64,000 nt of DNA from Labilithrix sp. (GTDB lineage: Bacteria; Myxococcota_A; Polyangia; Polyangiales; Polyangiaceae): contig JBGAFW010000002.1 of the NCBI GenBank assembly GCA_044227045.1, positions 67,457-131,456 of the forward strand, in the 5' to 3' direction. This document shows, piece after piece, positions 28,127 to 37,096 of this stretch; the stretch's first letter is position 1, and each line of letters opens with the position of its first letter. The notes under the pieces were generated by a model. That model ran no database searches, was not told the DNA's origin, and worked only from the letters and a program-made list of their open reading frames with translations. Both the position numbers and the translations under genes were made by a program.

Positions 28127-28647
28127 GGCTGGCTGCGCGGCTCGTCGGTGACGACAGGCTCGTCCTTGCGCGGCTCGGGCTCGGGCTCAGCTTCCGCTTT
28201 CACGTCCTTGCCGGCGGCGCGGCGGCGATCGCGGCGGAGGGCGATGCCGTACGAGGCGAAGCCCATCACGCTCGCGATCGCGAGGCCGACGGGGATCGTC
28301 CCGAGGCACCAATCGAGCACGAGCGAGCCGGCTTGATCGATCGCGTGCTCGCGATCGAGCACGACCCATTCACCGGTCCTCAGGCGGTGAGACACCTGGA
28401 CCTCGGCGATCGTGATGAACGGGAGGAACAGCATGTTCGAGATGCGCGTCCCGAGCCAGGCGAAGAGGCGGTTCTTCTTGAAGAGCGTGGCGAGGCCGAT
28501 CCCAAGCCAGCCATGGATGCCGACGGCGGGCGTGCATCCCGCAAACGCCCCGATCGCGACAGCCCAACCGATCTCACGAGGGGAAGCCCGTTCGCTCTTG
28601 GCGAGCTTCCAGAGCAGTTTGATCTTCTCCCACAGGCGACGAAGCAA
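28123..28647 (-). CDS. DUF2062-family membrane protein
   Basis: AVAIGAFAGCTPAVGIHGWLGIGLATLFKKNRLFAWLGTRISN is the typical DUF2062 core. Confidence 0.6.
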   Translation of the reverse strand: MLRRLWEKIKLLWKLAKSERASPREIGWAVAIGAFAGCTPAVGIHGWLGIGLATLFKKNRLFAWLGTRISNMLFLPFITIAEVQVSHRLRTGEWVVLDREHAIDQAGSLVLDWCLGTIPVGLAIASVMGFASYGIALRRDRRRAAGKDVKAEAEPEPEPRKDEPVVTDEPRSQP

Positions 28648-28808
28648 GCCCCTCGAAGACTAGCAGCTTCGTCCGCAGAATCGCGCCGCACGAGGGAGGA
28701 CAGGCCTCGATGACGCTAGGAGCGTGAGAGAGAAGGATTGATGGTAAAGAGCGAAGCAAGCTCGCGCTGATAGCGGCTCTTTAGTAGATCTTTCCCCGGG
28801 TCCTCACG

Positions 28809-31286
28809 ATGCTACGCGCGGCCATGCGCCTCTTACTTGCCCTCGGTGGCGCCGCCGTCGCGGCTCTGCTCGTAGCGCTTCTCGAAGCGCGGGCAGTGTC
28901 TGCGGCTGCGTCCGACGCGGGGCAACAGATCCTTCCGCCATTCGGCGCGCTTCTCACGAGCGAGCTTGGCATCCTCTCGCCGGTCACGCTCCTCATCGGA
29001 GGCGCGATCGGTGTCCTCACGATCTTGCTCCAGCCAAGCGGCGCGGTGAGCCCGTTTCGATCGCTTGGCGCGCTCCGCGAGGGAGATCTCCTCATGAGGC
29101 TGCGCGTCGCGGCCGCCGCGCCGATCGCGATCTTCGCGGCGTTCGGTTGGTGCGTGACGTGCGCCCACGTCGCGCGCAGCGCGATGGCGACGGGCAAGCC
29201 GGCCGAGGCGGGGCTCTCGGTGGGCATCGGCGCCGTCGGCGCGCTCATCGCGGCGGTGGCGGTGGGGCTCGCGTCGTTGCCGCTCGTACGGCGGATCATC
29301 GTCGTCGGGAGCGAGTCGATCCCGCAGCTGCTCGATCCGGCGCTCACCGGGAGCGTCGCGCTGATCATCGTCGTGATCCTCTTCGGCATCGGCATCCTGA
29401 TCGGTGACACGAGCGGCTCCGAAGGTGGTCTCCTCGGTATCTTTGGTGTGCTCAAGCGACCCGAGCTCGATCTGCGACCGCTCGCGAACGCCAGCCTCCT
29501 CGCCCTCGGCGCCTACGTCGCGCCGATCGCGCTCGCGCGGAAGGCGCCGCCTACGCCAGAGCCGCCGCAGGCCGACAAGGCGCCGGATCTTCGCGCCCCG
29601 GGCTTCGCGGCCCTGGCGATCGGGCTTCACCTCCTCTTGGCGGTGCTGTGCGGCTACGCGTCGTCGCACATCGCCGAGCCGATCACGGTCGTTCGTGGGA
29701 TCGAGAAGAGCGCGCCGCTCGGCAAGACGTCGCTCGCGCTCCTTCGCAAGCTGACCGATCACGACAAGGACGGGTACTCGGCGAGCTTCGCCGGCGGGGA
29801 CTGCAACGACAACGACAAGAAGATCAACCCGAACGCGCTCGACATCCCCGGCAACGGGATCGATGAGGACTGCTCGGGCGCCGACACGCCGCTCGAGATC
29901 ACGCCGCCGGTGAACCCGGTCATCGCGGATGCGGGGCCTCCGTCGACGCGTCCGAAGAAGACGTTCAACGTCATCTTGATCACGGTCGACACCCTCCGTC
30001 CGGACCTCGGCTTCATGGGCTACAAGCAGCAAGGCACGTCGCCAAACCTCGACAAGGTGGCCGAGAAGGCGACTGTGTTCGAGCACGCGTATTCGATGGC
30101 GTCGTACACGGGCAAGGCGGTGGGGCCGATGCTCATCGGGAAGTACCCGAGCGAGACGCTCACCGACTTCAGCCACTTCAACACGTACGCCGAGGGCAAC
30201 ACGTTCGTCGCCGAGCGCGCGAAGGAGGCGGGCATCCGCACGTTCGCTGGGATGTGCCACTGGTACTTCCGAAACCCGACGGGCCTTCGCCAAGGCTTCG
30301 ACGTCTGGGACACCTCCGCGATCCCTCCGGGGATGGGCGACAACGACAACGCGATCACGAGCGATCGCATGTCGGAGCTCGCGCTGAAGCTCCTCTCTCG
30401 TCCGGAGAACGTCGGCGAGACGACCACCGGCCTTCCGTCGAACGATCAAGGAAGCGACGCGGGCTCACCATCGCCCGCGCCGTCACTCTCCGCGAGCGCA
30501 GCGCCGAGCGGCGCCGACGCGGGCAAGCCGGAGGGAGCAAACGGCGAGAAGAACAAAGACGGCGAGGACAAGCCGCATCGCTTCTTCGCGTGGTTTCACT
30601 TCTTCGACCCGCACGCGCAGTACGTCCCGCATCCCGGCGCCCCGGAATTTGCGGGCGGAAATGGGCCTTCGCGACCGATCTACGATCAAGAGGTCTGGTA
30701 CACGGACAAGCACATCGGCAAGGTCCTCGACTACATCGCGTCGCAGCCGTGGGGTGAAGACACGGCGATCGTGATGACGGCCGATCACGGCGAGGCGTTC
30801 TACGAGCACGGCATGCTGTGGCATGGCTCGGAGATCTGGGAGGAGCTCATTCACGTTCCGCTCTTCGTCTATGTCCCAGGCGCCGAGCCGCGACGGGTGT
30901 CGCAGAAGCGATCGCACATCGACATCGTCCCGACGATCATGGAGCTGCTCGGTGTCCCGCTCCCCGAAGAGGCGAACGAGCTCCGCGGCAAGAGCCTCCT
31001 CACCGACGTGTACCTGCCGAAGGGCACCGAGCCCGAAGAGCGCGACGTCTACGTCGACATGCCGCAAGGTCCGTTCAACGATCCGAAGCGCGCCGTCATC
31101 TGGGGACCGACGCCAGGGATGAAGCTCATTCACTCGGGCGGATATCGCTACCAGCTCTTCGATCTCGCGGCCGACCCCGACGAGAAGAAGGACCTCTCGA
31201 GCGACAAAGAGAAGCTCCAGTCGGCGATCGCGAAGATGAGCTCGATCCGCGGTCGCCTGAAGGAGATCGAGGTCAAGCCGAAGTAG
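28809..31286 (+). CDS. Membrane-anchored sulfatase / alkaline-phosphatase-superfamily protein (LtaS/MdoB-like), with a MopE-like Cys/Asp metal-binding motif
   Basis: Multi-TM N-terminus. DGYSASFAGGDCNDNDKKINPNALDIPGNGIDEDCSG is MopE-like. The AP-superfamily core follows (VILITVDTLRPD, TADHGEAFYEHG). Confidence 0.75.
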   Translation: MLRAAMRLLLALGGAAVAALLVALLEARAVSAAASDAGQQILPPFGALLTSELGILSPVTLLIGGAIGVLTILLQPSGAVSPFRSLGALREGDLLMRLRVAAAAPIAIFAAFGWCVTCAHVARSAMATGKPAEAGLSVGIGAVGALIAAVAVGLASLPLVRRIIVVGSESIPQLLDPALTGSVALIIVVILFGIGILIGDTSGSEGGLLGIFGVLKRPELDLRPLANASLLALGAYVAPIALARKAPPTPEPPQADKAPDLRAPGFAALAIGLHLLLAVLCGYASSHIAEPITVVRGIEKSAPLGKTSLALLRKLTDHDKDGYSASFAGGDCNDNDKKINPNALDIPGNGIDEDCSGADTPLEITPPVNPVIADAGPPSTRPKKTFNVILITVDTLRPDLGFMGYKQQGTSPNLDKVAEKATVFEHAYSMASYTGKAVGPMLIGKYPSETLTDFSHFNTYAEGNTFVAERAKEAGIRTFAGMCHWYFRNPTGLRQGFDVWDTSAIPPGMGDNDNAITSDRMSELALKLLSRPENVGETTTGLPSNDQGSDAGSPSPAPSLSASAAPSGADAGKPEGANGEKNKDGEDKPHRFFAWFHFFDPHAQYVPHPGAPEFAGGNGPSRPIYDQEVWYTDKHIGKVLDYIASQPWGEDTAIVMTADHGEAFYEHGMLWHGSEIWEELIHVPLFVYVPGAEPRRVSQKRSHIDIVPTIMELLGVPLPEEANELRGKSLLTDVYLPKGTEPEERDVYVDMPQGPFNDPKRAVIWGPTPGMKLIHSGGYRYQLFDLAADPDEKKDLSSDKEKLQSAIAKMSSIRGRLKEIEVKPK

Positions 31287-31295
31287 CGCGCGCCG

Positions 31296-32054
31296 TCACG
31301 CGCGATGGATCCGCGCGAGCGCAGCGACGTCGTGGAGCGACTCGAGCACGAGATCCGGGCCGGCGGCGAGGACGCGGTCACGCTCGGCGATGCCGGGCAC
31401 AGCGATGGTGAAGCAGCCGGCGGCGCGTCCGGCGAGGACGTCTTGCGGTCCGTCGCCGACCATCCACGTCTTCGCGGCGTTCGCGCCGAGCTCCGCGATG
31501 AGCGCGTGAAGGCCGTCGGGCGAAGGCTTCATCGGTCCGTCACCGCCCGCACGAACGAGACGTCCAGGAAAGAGTGACGTGAGCGACAAGCCCTCGAGGA
31601 CGAGCAACGTGAGCATGCGCGGCTTGTTCGTGATGATCCCCTTTGGGACCTCGATCGCGATCGCCTCGGCCGCTCCAGGCATCAACGTCGTGTGGACGCA
31701 CGGCCTCGCCGCGTAGGCGCGCTCGAAGATCGACCTCGTGTGGTCGACGAGCGCGTGGTCGTCGCTCTCCGCGAGAGGTCGCGAGGCGACGCCGTGAGAA
31801 TGCTCTCTCGAATCGGGGGCGGCCAAGGCTCGCGCGACCAGCGCGCGGGCGCCGTCTCCGATCATCGGAAGGATGGCCTCGAGGGCCAAGGTCTTCCGAC
31901 CCATCTCGGCAAGCGCGGCGTTCAGCGCCTCGGCGATGTCACGCCGTGAGTCCACGAGCGTTCCATCGAGATCGAAGAGCAGCGCCTCACATGACGGGAC
32001 TCGGACGCCCCCTCGAGAGACCCCATCGGATGGGGAAGGGGCATCGACACCCAA
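31296..32054 (-). CDS. HAD-family hydrolase (phosphoglycolate-phosphatase-like)
   Basis: Motif I (LLFDLDGTLVDS), motif III (K), motif IV (MVGDGPQDVLAGRAAG). Confidence 0.7.
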   Translation of the reverse strand: MGVDAPSPSDGVSRGGVRVPSCEALLFDLDGTLVDSRRDIAEALNAALAEMGRKTLALEAILPMIGDGARALVARALAAPDSREHSHGVASRPLAESDDHALVDHTRSIFERAYAARPCVHTTLMPGAAEAIAIEVPKGIITNKPRMLTLLVLEGLSLTSLFPGRLVRAGGDGPMKPSPDGLHALIAELGANAAKTWMVGDGPQDVLAGRAAGCFTIAVPGIAERDRVLAAGPDLVLESLHDVAALARIHRA

Positions 32055-32092
32055 TGTGGGATCGACGGTTTCGGGAATGGGGCGGTCCTGGC

Positions 32093-32719
32093 TCAGGCCG
32101 CCGTAGAATACGTGTCGAGCTCGCGCTTTTCGAGCAGTGTTCGAAGGCGCGTACGTGCTCGGTGAAGGCGCGACCGCACAGCGCTCTCTGTGATCGAGAG
32201 GCGATCGGCGATCTCCTGAAGGCCGAGGTCCATGTGGTAGTGGGCGATGACGACGTCGCGGTAGTCCTCGGGGAGCTCGCCGAGCGCATCGCGCACCTTT
32301 TCGTCACGCTCGCGCGCCGTCACACCAAGGTCGGCGTCGACGTCGGTGTCGTTCATCGCCGGGAGCATCGCGAGCTCCTCCCAATCGAGCCCCTCGATGA
32401 AGCGGGCGCGATGACGACGGCGTGACCGCATGAGCATGAGGGCTTCGTTCGCAGTGACGCGGAAGAGCCAGGTCGAAAAGCTCGCTTCGGCGCGGAAAGA
32501 CCCGAGACGCCGGACGATTTGCATCATCGTAGCTTGGAGGAGGTCGCGGCGATCTTCGTCACTCACCGGGTAGCGCAGGAGCTGTCGCTCGACGTGCGGC
32601 TTGATCGTCTTCAGCACATGATCGAGGGCCGTGCTGTCACCGGAGACCGCTGCATCGAGGATGTCACGCTGGATTACGAAGGCCATTCGAACGAGTCCTT
32701 TCGAGGTGAGAGGCTCCAT
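32093..32719 (-). CDS. ECF-family sigma factor (start uncertain: 32719 or 32686)
   Basis: Region 2 (LLQATMMQIVRRLGSFRAEASFSTWLFRVTANEAL) and region 4 (DYRDVVIAHYHMDLGLQEIADRLSITESAVRSRLHRAR). Confidence 0.7.
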   Translation of the reverse strand: MEPLTSKGLVRMAFVIQRDILDAAVSGDSTALDHVLKTIKPHVERQLLRYPVSDEDRRDLLQATMMQIVRRLGSFRAEASFSTWLFRVTANEALMLMRSRRRHRARFIEGLDWEELAMLPAMNDTDVDADLGVTARERDEKVRDALGELPEDYRDVVIAHYHMDLGLQEIADRLSITESAVRSRLHRARTRLRTLLEKRELDTYSTAA

Positions 32720-33076
32720 TGCGATGGTCATGCCGTCGACCCAAGGGCGGGTCATGGACGGACGGGCTGCCAAATCCCCCAATGATTTTCGCGGCCGTCT
32801 CCACGCCTGCGGTTGTTTGGGCCTGTAGGGATTCCGACAGCTGAAGCCGGTCCCAACAGACAGGTCGATGTGCGTTCCGACAAATCGACCGCACCGGTTT
32901 TTTTTTGGTCGGACGCCTTCCGCGGAGCCACGCGATGCTTAGGGCACGAGAGCGCTGCGGGCGCACGAGGTGCCACCTCGATGATGGATGTGCGCCGGCC
33001 GCGGTAGAACCTTCTCGTTTTCTCTCGGTTTTCTTGCTTGGAGGCGGCCCTCCACCAACGCTACGCTTTGGCTCTG

Positions 33077-34678
33077 ATGGCGGCGAAGCTCGCGCGATCG
33101 CAGCGGACTGCTACGCGGGGATCCATCCCCGACGTGGGACGGTCGACGCTCAAGGTCGGTGACCTGCTCGCCAGCAAGTACCGCGTCGAGCGCGTGCTCG
33201 GCGAAGGCGGCATGGGCGTGGTTGTCGAAGCCTATCACGAGCTTCTCGATCAACGCGTCGCGGTCAAGCTCCTCTACCAAGACATCGCCGACCGTGAAGC
33301 GCAGTCGCGCCTCCTGCTCGAAGCGCGCTCCGCGGCGAAGCTCCAGAGCGATCACGTCGCGCGCGTCATCGACGTCGACGTCGGGCCGGACGGATTGCCC
33401 TTCATTGTCATGGAGCTGCTCGAGGGCTCTGATCTCTGCCAGATCGCCGATGCGCGCGGTGCGCTGCCTCGATGGTTGGTTGTAGATTACATGCTTCAGG
33501 CGCTCGAGGGGCTCGCGCACGCGCATGGTCGCCAGATCATCCATCGCGATCTGAAGCCGTCGAATCTCTTCCTCACCAACCGCCCGGACGGAACGCAGAT
33601 CATCAAGATCCTCGACTTCGGGATCTCGAAGTCTTCGGGTGATCCGGGAGATCGAAGGCAAGCGCAGCTCACCGGCGGGCGCAGCGTCCTCGGCTCGCCG
33701 CCGTACATGTCACCGGAGCAGGTACGAAGCCCGAAGAGCGTCGATCACCGCACGGACATCTGGTCGCTCGGGATCTGCATGTACGAGCTCCTTACGAACT
33801 CGATGCCGTTCGGCGGCGACGAGCTCCAAGAGACGTTCGCGCAGATCCTCGAGAAGGAGCCCACGCCCATTCGTGCGCTCGTCACGGGCGTCCCGGAAGG
33901 CCTCGAGCAGGTCGTGATGAAGTGCCTCGCCAAGAACCGCGAGAATCGCTTCAGCGACGTGGGCGAGCTCGCCAAGGCGATCGTTCCGTACGGCTCGGGC
34001 ACGTGGATTCAATCGGCCGATCGCGTGCAAGCGACGCTCGCGCGTGCGCTGATGGAAGACCTCACGAGCGGCACGCGTCTCCGCGGACCGTCCGCGCCCT
34101 CGTCCGATCGCATCCCGATCCCGTCGTCGCGTCGCCTCGACTCGATGCAGCCCGAGCTCACCGGCACAGCGAGCACCGTCGCGCGCCGCTTTACCGTCTT
34201 CGAGTCGAAGAAGCGCTGGATCCTCGGCGTCGCGGCCGTCTCGGCGCTCGCAGGTCTCGGGCTCATCGGCGTCGGCGTCATGAAGTCCCAAGCGGTCGCG
34301 CCGGGCGCCGAGCTCGATCCGAGCGCGTCGGGTCGCCCGAGCGAGCCGCCGGCCGCCGCGGTCGATCCGTCGACCGTCACGACCGTCACGCCTACGCCCA
34401 CGGCTCCGAGCCAGCCGGCGATGGTCTCCGTCGAGAACGATCTGCCTTCGATGCCCACGAACGCGACCGGCACGGTGATCGGCGCGTCGTCCCCAGGCAC
34501 GAACACGCCCGCCGCCGCGACAGGCTCGGCGAAGCGCGGAGGCGCGGCTCCCACGCTCCGTGCTCCGCCGCCTCCCACGACGAAGAAGCCAAGCAGCAGC
34601 GGAGCGACACCGTCTGCCGCGGGTGGCTCGAAGCCTGGCTTGCCACCAGGTCTTCCGCAAAATCGCTCGGGTCAATGA
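33077..34678 (+). CDS. Ser/Thr protein kinase
   Basis: GEGGMGVVVEA, VAVKLL, IIHRDLKPSNLFL, DFGISK, SPEQ. Pro/Thr/Ala-rich C-terminus. The ATG at 33077 (MAAKLARSQ) is the first in-frame ATG. Confidence 0.8.
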   Translation: MAAKLARSQRTATRGSIPDVGRSTLKVGDLLASKYRVERVLGEGGMGVVVEAYHELLDQRVAVKLLYQDIADREAQSRLLLEARSAAKLQSDHVARVIDVDVGPDGLPFIVMELLEGSDLCQIADARGALPRWLVVDYMLQALEGLAHAHGRQIIHRDLKPSNLFLTNRPDGTQIIKILDFGISKSSGDPGDRRQAQLTGGRSVLGSPPYMSPEQVRSPKSVDHRTDIWSLGICMYELLTNSMPFGGDELQETFAQILEKEPTPIRALVTGVPEGLEQVVMKCLAKNRENRFSDVGELAKAIVPYGSGTWIQSADRVQATLARALMEDLTSGTRLRGPSAPSSDRIPIPSSRRLDSMQPELTGTASTVARRFTVFESKKRWILGVAAVSALAGLGLIGVGVMKSQAVAPGAELDPSASGRPSEPPAAAVDPSTVTTVTPTPTAPSQPAMVSVENDLPSMPTNATGTVIGASSPGTNTPAAATGSAKRGGAAPTLRAPPPPTTKKPSSSGATPSAAGGSKPGLPPGLPQNRSGQ

Positions 34679-35709
34679 GATCTCTCGCGCGGACGCTCAC
34701 CCTCGCCGCTGTCTCCTCGTCTCTGATCCTCGGTAGCGGCGTCGTACACGCGCAGGACAAGGATCAAGACGCCGAGCGCCTCTTTCGTGAGGGGCAGAAG
34801 CTCATGGAAGAGCGGCGCTACGGCGACGCGTGCCCGAAGTTCGAGGCGGCGTACCGGAAGGATCAGCAGCTCGGCACGTTGCTGAACCTCGCCTACTGCC
34901 ACAAAGAGCAAGGCGCGACGTGGCAGGCGTGGCTCGAGTTCAAGGACGCCGAGATGAAGGCGACCGAGCTACGCCGGAGCGACCGCAAGGAGTTCGCGCG
35001 CCAGAGGATGACGGAGCTCGAGAAGGAGAAGGCGCTCACGCGTATGGTGATCGAGCCCACGACGAAGGTGGAGCTCACCGAGGTGCTCGTCGAAGACCGC
35101 CGCATCCCCGAGGCGGAGAAGAGCGTCCCGTTTGCGGTCGAGCCAGGTCGAGAGCGCAAGGTCACGTTCCGCGCGAAGGGCAAGAAGGACAAGGTCCACT
35201 TCGTCAGCGTGTCGAAGAGCGACAAGCCGATGAAGGTCGCCGTCCCGGACATGGTCGACGAAGAGAAGGCGCCGCCTCCTCCTGCTGTGGTTGATCCGCC
35301 GCCGCCGCCGCCGCCGACCCATCAAGACGTGCGTCCCGTCGAGCCGCCGAAAGAGAAGAGCGACGGCTCGACCCAACGGGTCCTCGCCTATGGCCTCGGC
35401 GGGCTCGCGGTGGTGGGCATCGCGGTCGGGACGGTCGAGGGCCTCGCCGTCATCAACAACCCTTGCTCGAATCAGACACCCGAAGAGAAGGCAGGCACGA
35501 AGCCGTCGCCTTGCACACCCGACGAGAAGTCGAAGGGCGACACCGCATCGCTCGTCGCGACGATCTCGTTCGCGGCTGGCGGCGCCGCGCTCGTGGGCGC
35601 CCTCATCTTGTATTTCACCGCTCCGAGCAGCGACGCGAAGACGGGCAAGGGCTTTCACGTCACGCCAGAGATGGGTGTCGGTTGGGCCGGATTTCGCGGC
35701 GCGTTCTGA
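34675..35709 (+). CDS. Kinase-coupled signal-TPR-beta-domain-TM protein (paralog of the 23663 and 44343 proteins)
   Basis: Its ATG overlaps the kinase stop (ATGA). Signal peptide MRSLARTLTLAAVSSSLILGSGVVHA. TPR-like block (LLNLAYCHKEQGATWQAWLEF). A P(8) run. C-terminal TM segment. Confidence 0.65.
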   Translation: MRSLARTLTLAAVSSSLILGSGVVHAQDKDQDAERLFREGQKLMEERRYGDACPKFEAAYRKDQQLGTLLNLAYCHKEQGATWQAWLEFKDAEMKATELRRSDRKEFARQRMTELEKEKALTRMVIEPTTKVELTEVLVEDRRIPEAEKSVPFAVEPGRERKVTFRAKGKKDKVHFVSVSKSDKPMKVAVPDMVDEEKAPPPPAVVDPPPPPPPTHQDVRPVEPPKEKSDGSTQRVLAYGLGGLAVVGIAVGTVEGLAVINNPCSNQTPEEKAGTKPSPCTPDEKSKGDTASLVATISFAAGGAALVGALILYFTAPSSDAKTGKGFHVTPEMGVGWAGFRGAF

Positions 35710-35855
35710 TCGGTCGTATGCGCGGGGTTTGGGGCGGAGCCCCAACGTGAAGCATACGACGCGTGAGCGAGTCTTCGAGCGAAGGGGGATCCGTTTGCGC
35801 GGAGCGCAAATCGGTCGTATGCGCGGGGTTTGGGGCGGAGCCCCAATGTGAAGAA
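35690..35855. repeat. Intergenic hairpin-repeat element, locus 1 (about 1.5 tandem units), abutting the hisZ start
   Basis: The units contain TTTGCGC-GGAG-CGCAAA and GTCGTATGC-GCGGGGTTTGGGGC-GGAG-CCCCAA-YGTGAAGCATACGAC. The same family recurs at 51456..51666. Confidence 0.7.
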
Positions 35856-35856
35856 C

Positions 35857-37077
35857 ATGCTCGAACATCCGCTGCCGCCCGGAATGCGCGACCTCCTGCC
35901 CGAAGAGGCCAAGGAGCGACGGGATCTCTCACGCGCGATCCTCGAACGCTTCGCGCTTCACGGCTACCGGCTCGTCACGCCGCCCGCCTTCGAGCTCGCG
36001 AGCGTGCTCGAGCGTGGCCTTGGCGCGTCGTCGGTCACCGACGACGTCATTCGCTTCATCGAGCCCGAGTCGGGCGAGGTCGTCGTGCTTCGGCCCGACA
36101 TGACGCCTCAGATCGCGCGCATGGTCGCGACGCGCCTCTTCGATCGCCCGCCGCCGTTTCGGCTCGCCTACGAAGGCACCGTCATCCGCCGGCGCGCGTC
36201 GCGCGCGAAGAAGCAGAAGCAGATCCCGCAGGTCGGCGTCGAGCTCTGCGGCGTCGCGGGCGCGGAGGGAGACCTCGAGCTGCTCCGCCTCGCCGCCGAG
36301 GTCTTGCGTGACGCCGGCCTCGACGCCTTCATCCTCGACATCGGAGACGCCGGGATCGTCCGCGGGTTGCTCGAAGGCGTCGCGCCCGATCACGCGATGA
36401 GCATCTCGGCGGCGCTCGCGAAGAAGGACGAGGCATCGCTCGAAGAGCTGTGCCGCTCGCTCGACGAAGCGCTGGCCCATCGCGTGATGGCGCTGTCGCG
36501 CCTTCATGGCGGTCGCGACGCGCTCACGAGCGCGATCGAGCTGCTCTCGGGGACGAACGCCGAGCCGCCCGCGCGAAGGCTGCTCGCGCTCTTCGACGCG
36601 GCGACCGCGAGCGGTCTTGGCGACGTGCTCACGGCCGACCCCGGCGAGGTGCGCGGCCTGTCGTATTACACGGGCACGATCTTCTCCATCTACGCCGAAG
36701 GATCGGGCGATCCGCTCGGAGGTGGAGGTCGCTACGACGATCTGCTCGCGCGCTACGGCTCGCCGCAGCCCGCGATCGGCCTCGGGCTCGATCTCGACGC
36801 GCTCGCTCGCGCGATCCGCGCCGCGAAGGAGGCTCGCACGCGCTCGCAAGCGCCGCCGGAGACGCCTGCGAGCGTCGTCGTGGTCGGACCGAGCAGCGAT
36901 CCACGACTGGGCGAGCTGCGCAAGCGCGGCGTCATGGCGATCGCGATCGAAGACGCCGAAAAAGCGAAGGCTCACGCGAAGGCATGGGGTTTTGGCGTCG
37001 TGTGGACAGATTCTTCGACGTGGTCGTCGACCGACGAGGTCGTGGCCATGCTAAGAACGCCGCGTTCCAGACCGTGA
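35857..37077 (+). CDS. hisZ: ATP phosphoribosyltransferase regulatory subunit HisZ (HisRS paralog)
   Basis: Class-II aaRS core with the HisZ-type LRPDMTPQIAR motif and GGRYDDL. Directly upstream of purA, which is the classical arrangement. Confidence 0.75.
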   Translation: MLEHPLPPGMRDLLPEEAKERRDLSRAILERFALHGYRLVTPPAFELASVLERGLGASSVTDDVIRFIEPESGEVVVLRPDMTPQIARMVATRLFDRPPPFRLAYEGTVIRRRASRAKKQKQIPQVGVELCGVAGAEGDLELLRLAAEVLRDAGLDAFILDIGDAGIVRGLLEGVAPDHAMSISAALAKKDEASLEELCRSLDEALAHRVMALSRLHGGRDALTSAIELLSGTNAEPPARRLLALFDAATASGLGDVLTADPGEVRGLSYYTGTIFSIYAEGSGDPLGGGGRYDDLLARYGSPQPAIGLGLDLDALARAIRAAKEARTRSQAPPETPASVVVVGPSSDPRLGELRKRGVMAIAIEDAEKAKAHAKAWGFGVVWTDSSTWSSTDEVVAMLRTPRSRP

Positions 37078-37096
37078 CCCATCCAGGAGAAGACAG

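Noticed and set aside
32880-32925. A T9 run preceded by the GTCCGAC…GTCGGAC inverted repeat, which looks like an intrinsic terminator.
   Set aside because: It lies in the divergent upstream region of both the ECF sigma gene and the kinase gene. The stem is weak with a 25-nt loop. It is more likely a promoter UP-element or A-tract than a terminator.
35655-35932. Track ORFs 35655..35912, 35660..35932, 51275..51622 and 51304..51822, which share the peptides …SHWGSAPNPAHTTD… and …LGLRPKPRAYDRFALRANGSPFARRLA…
   Set aside because: They are translations of the intergenic hairpin-repeat element in several frames. The resemblance between loci is DNA-level repeat identity, not a conserved protein.
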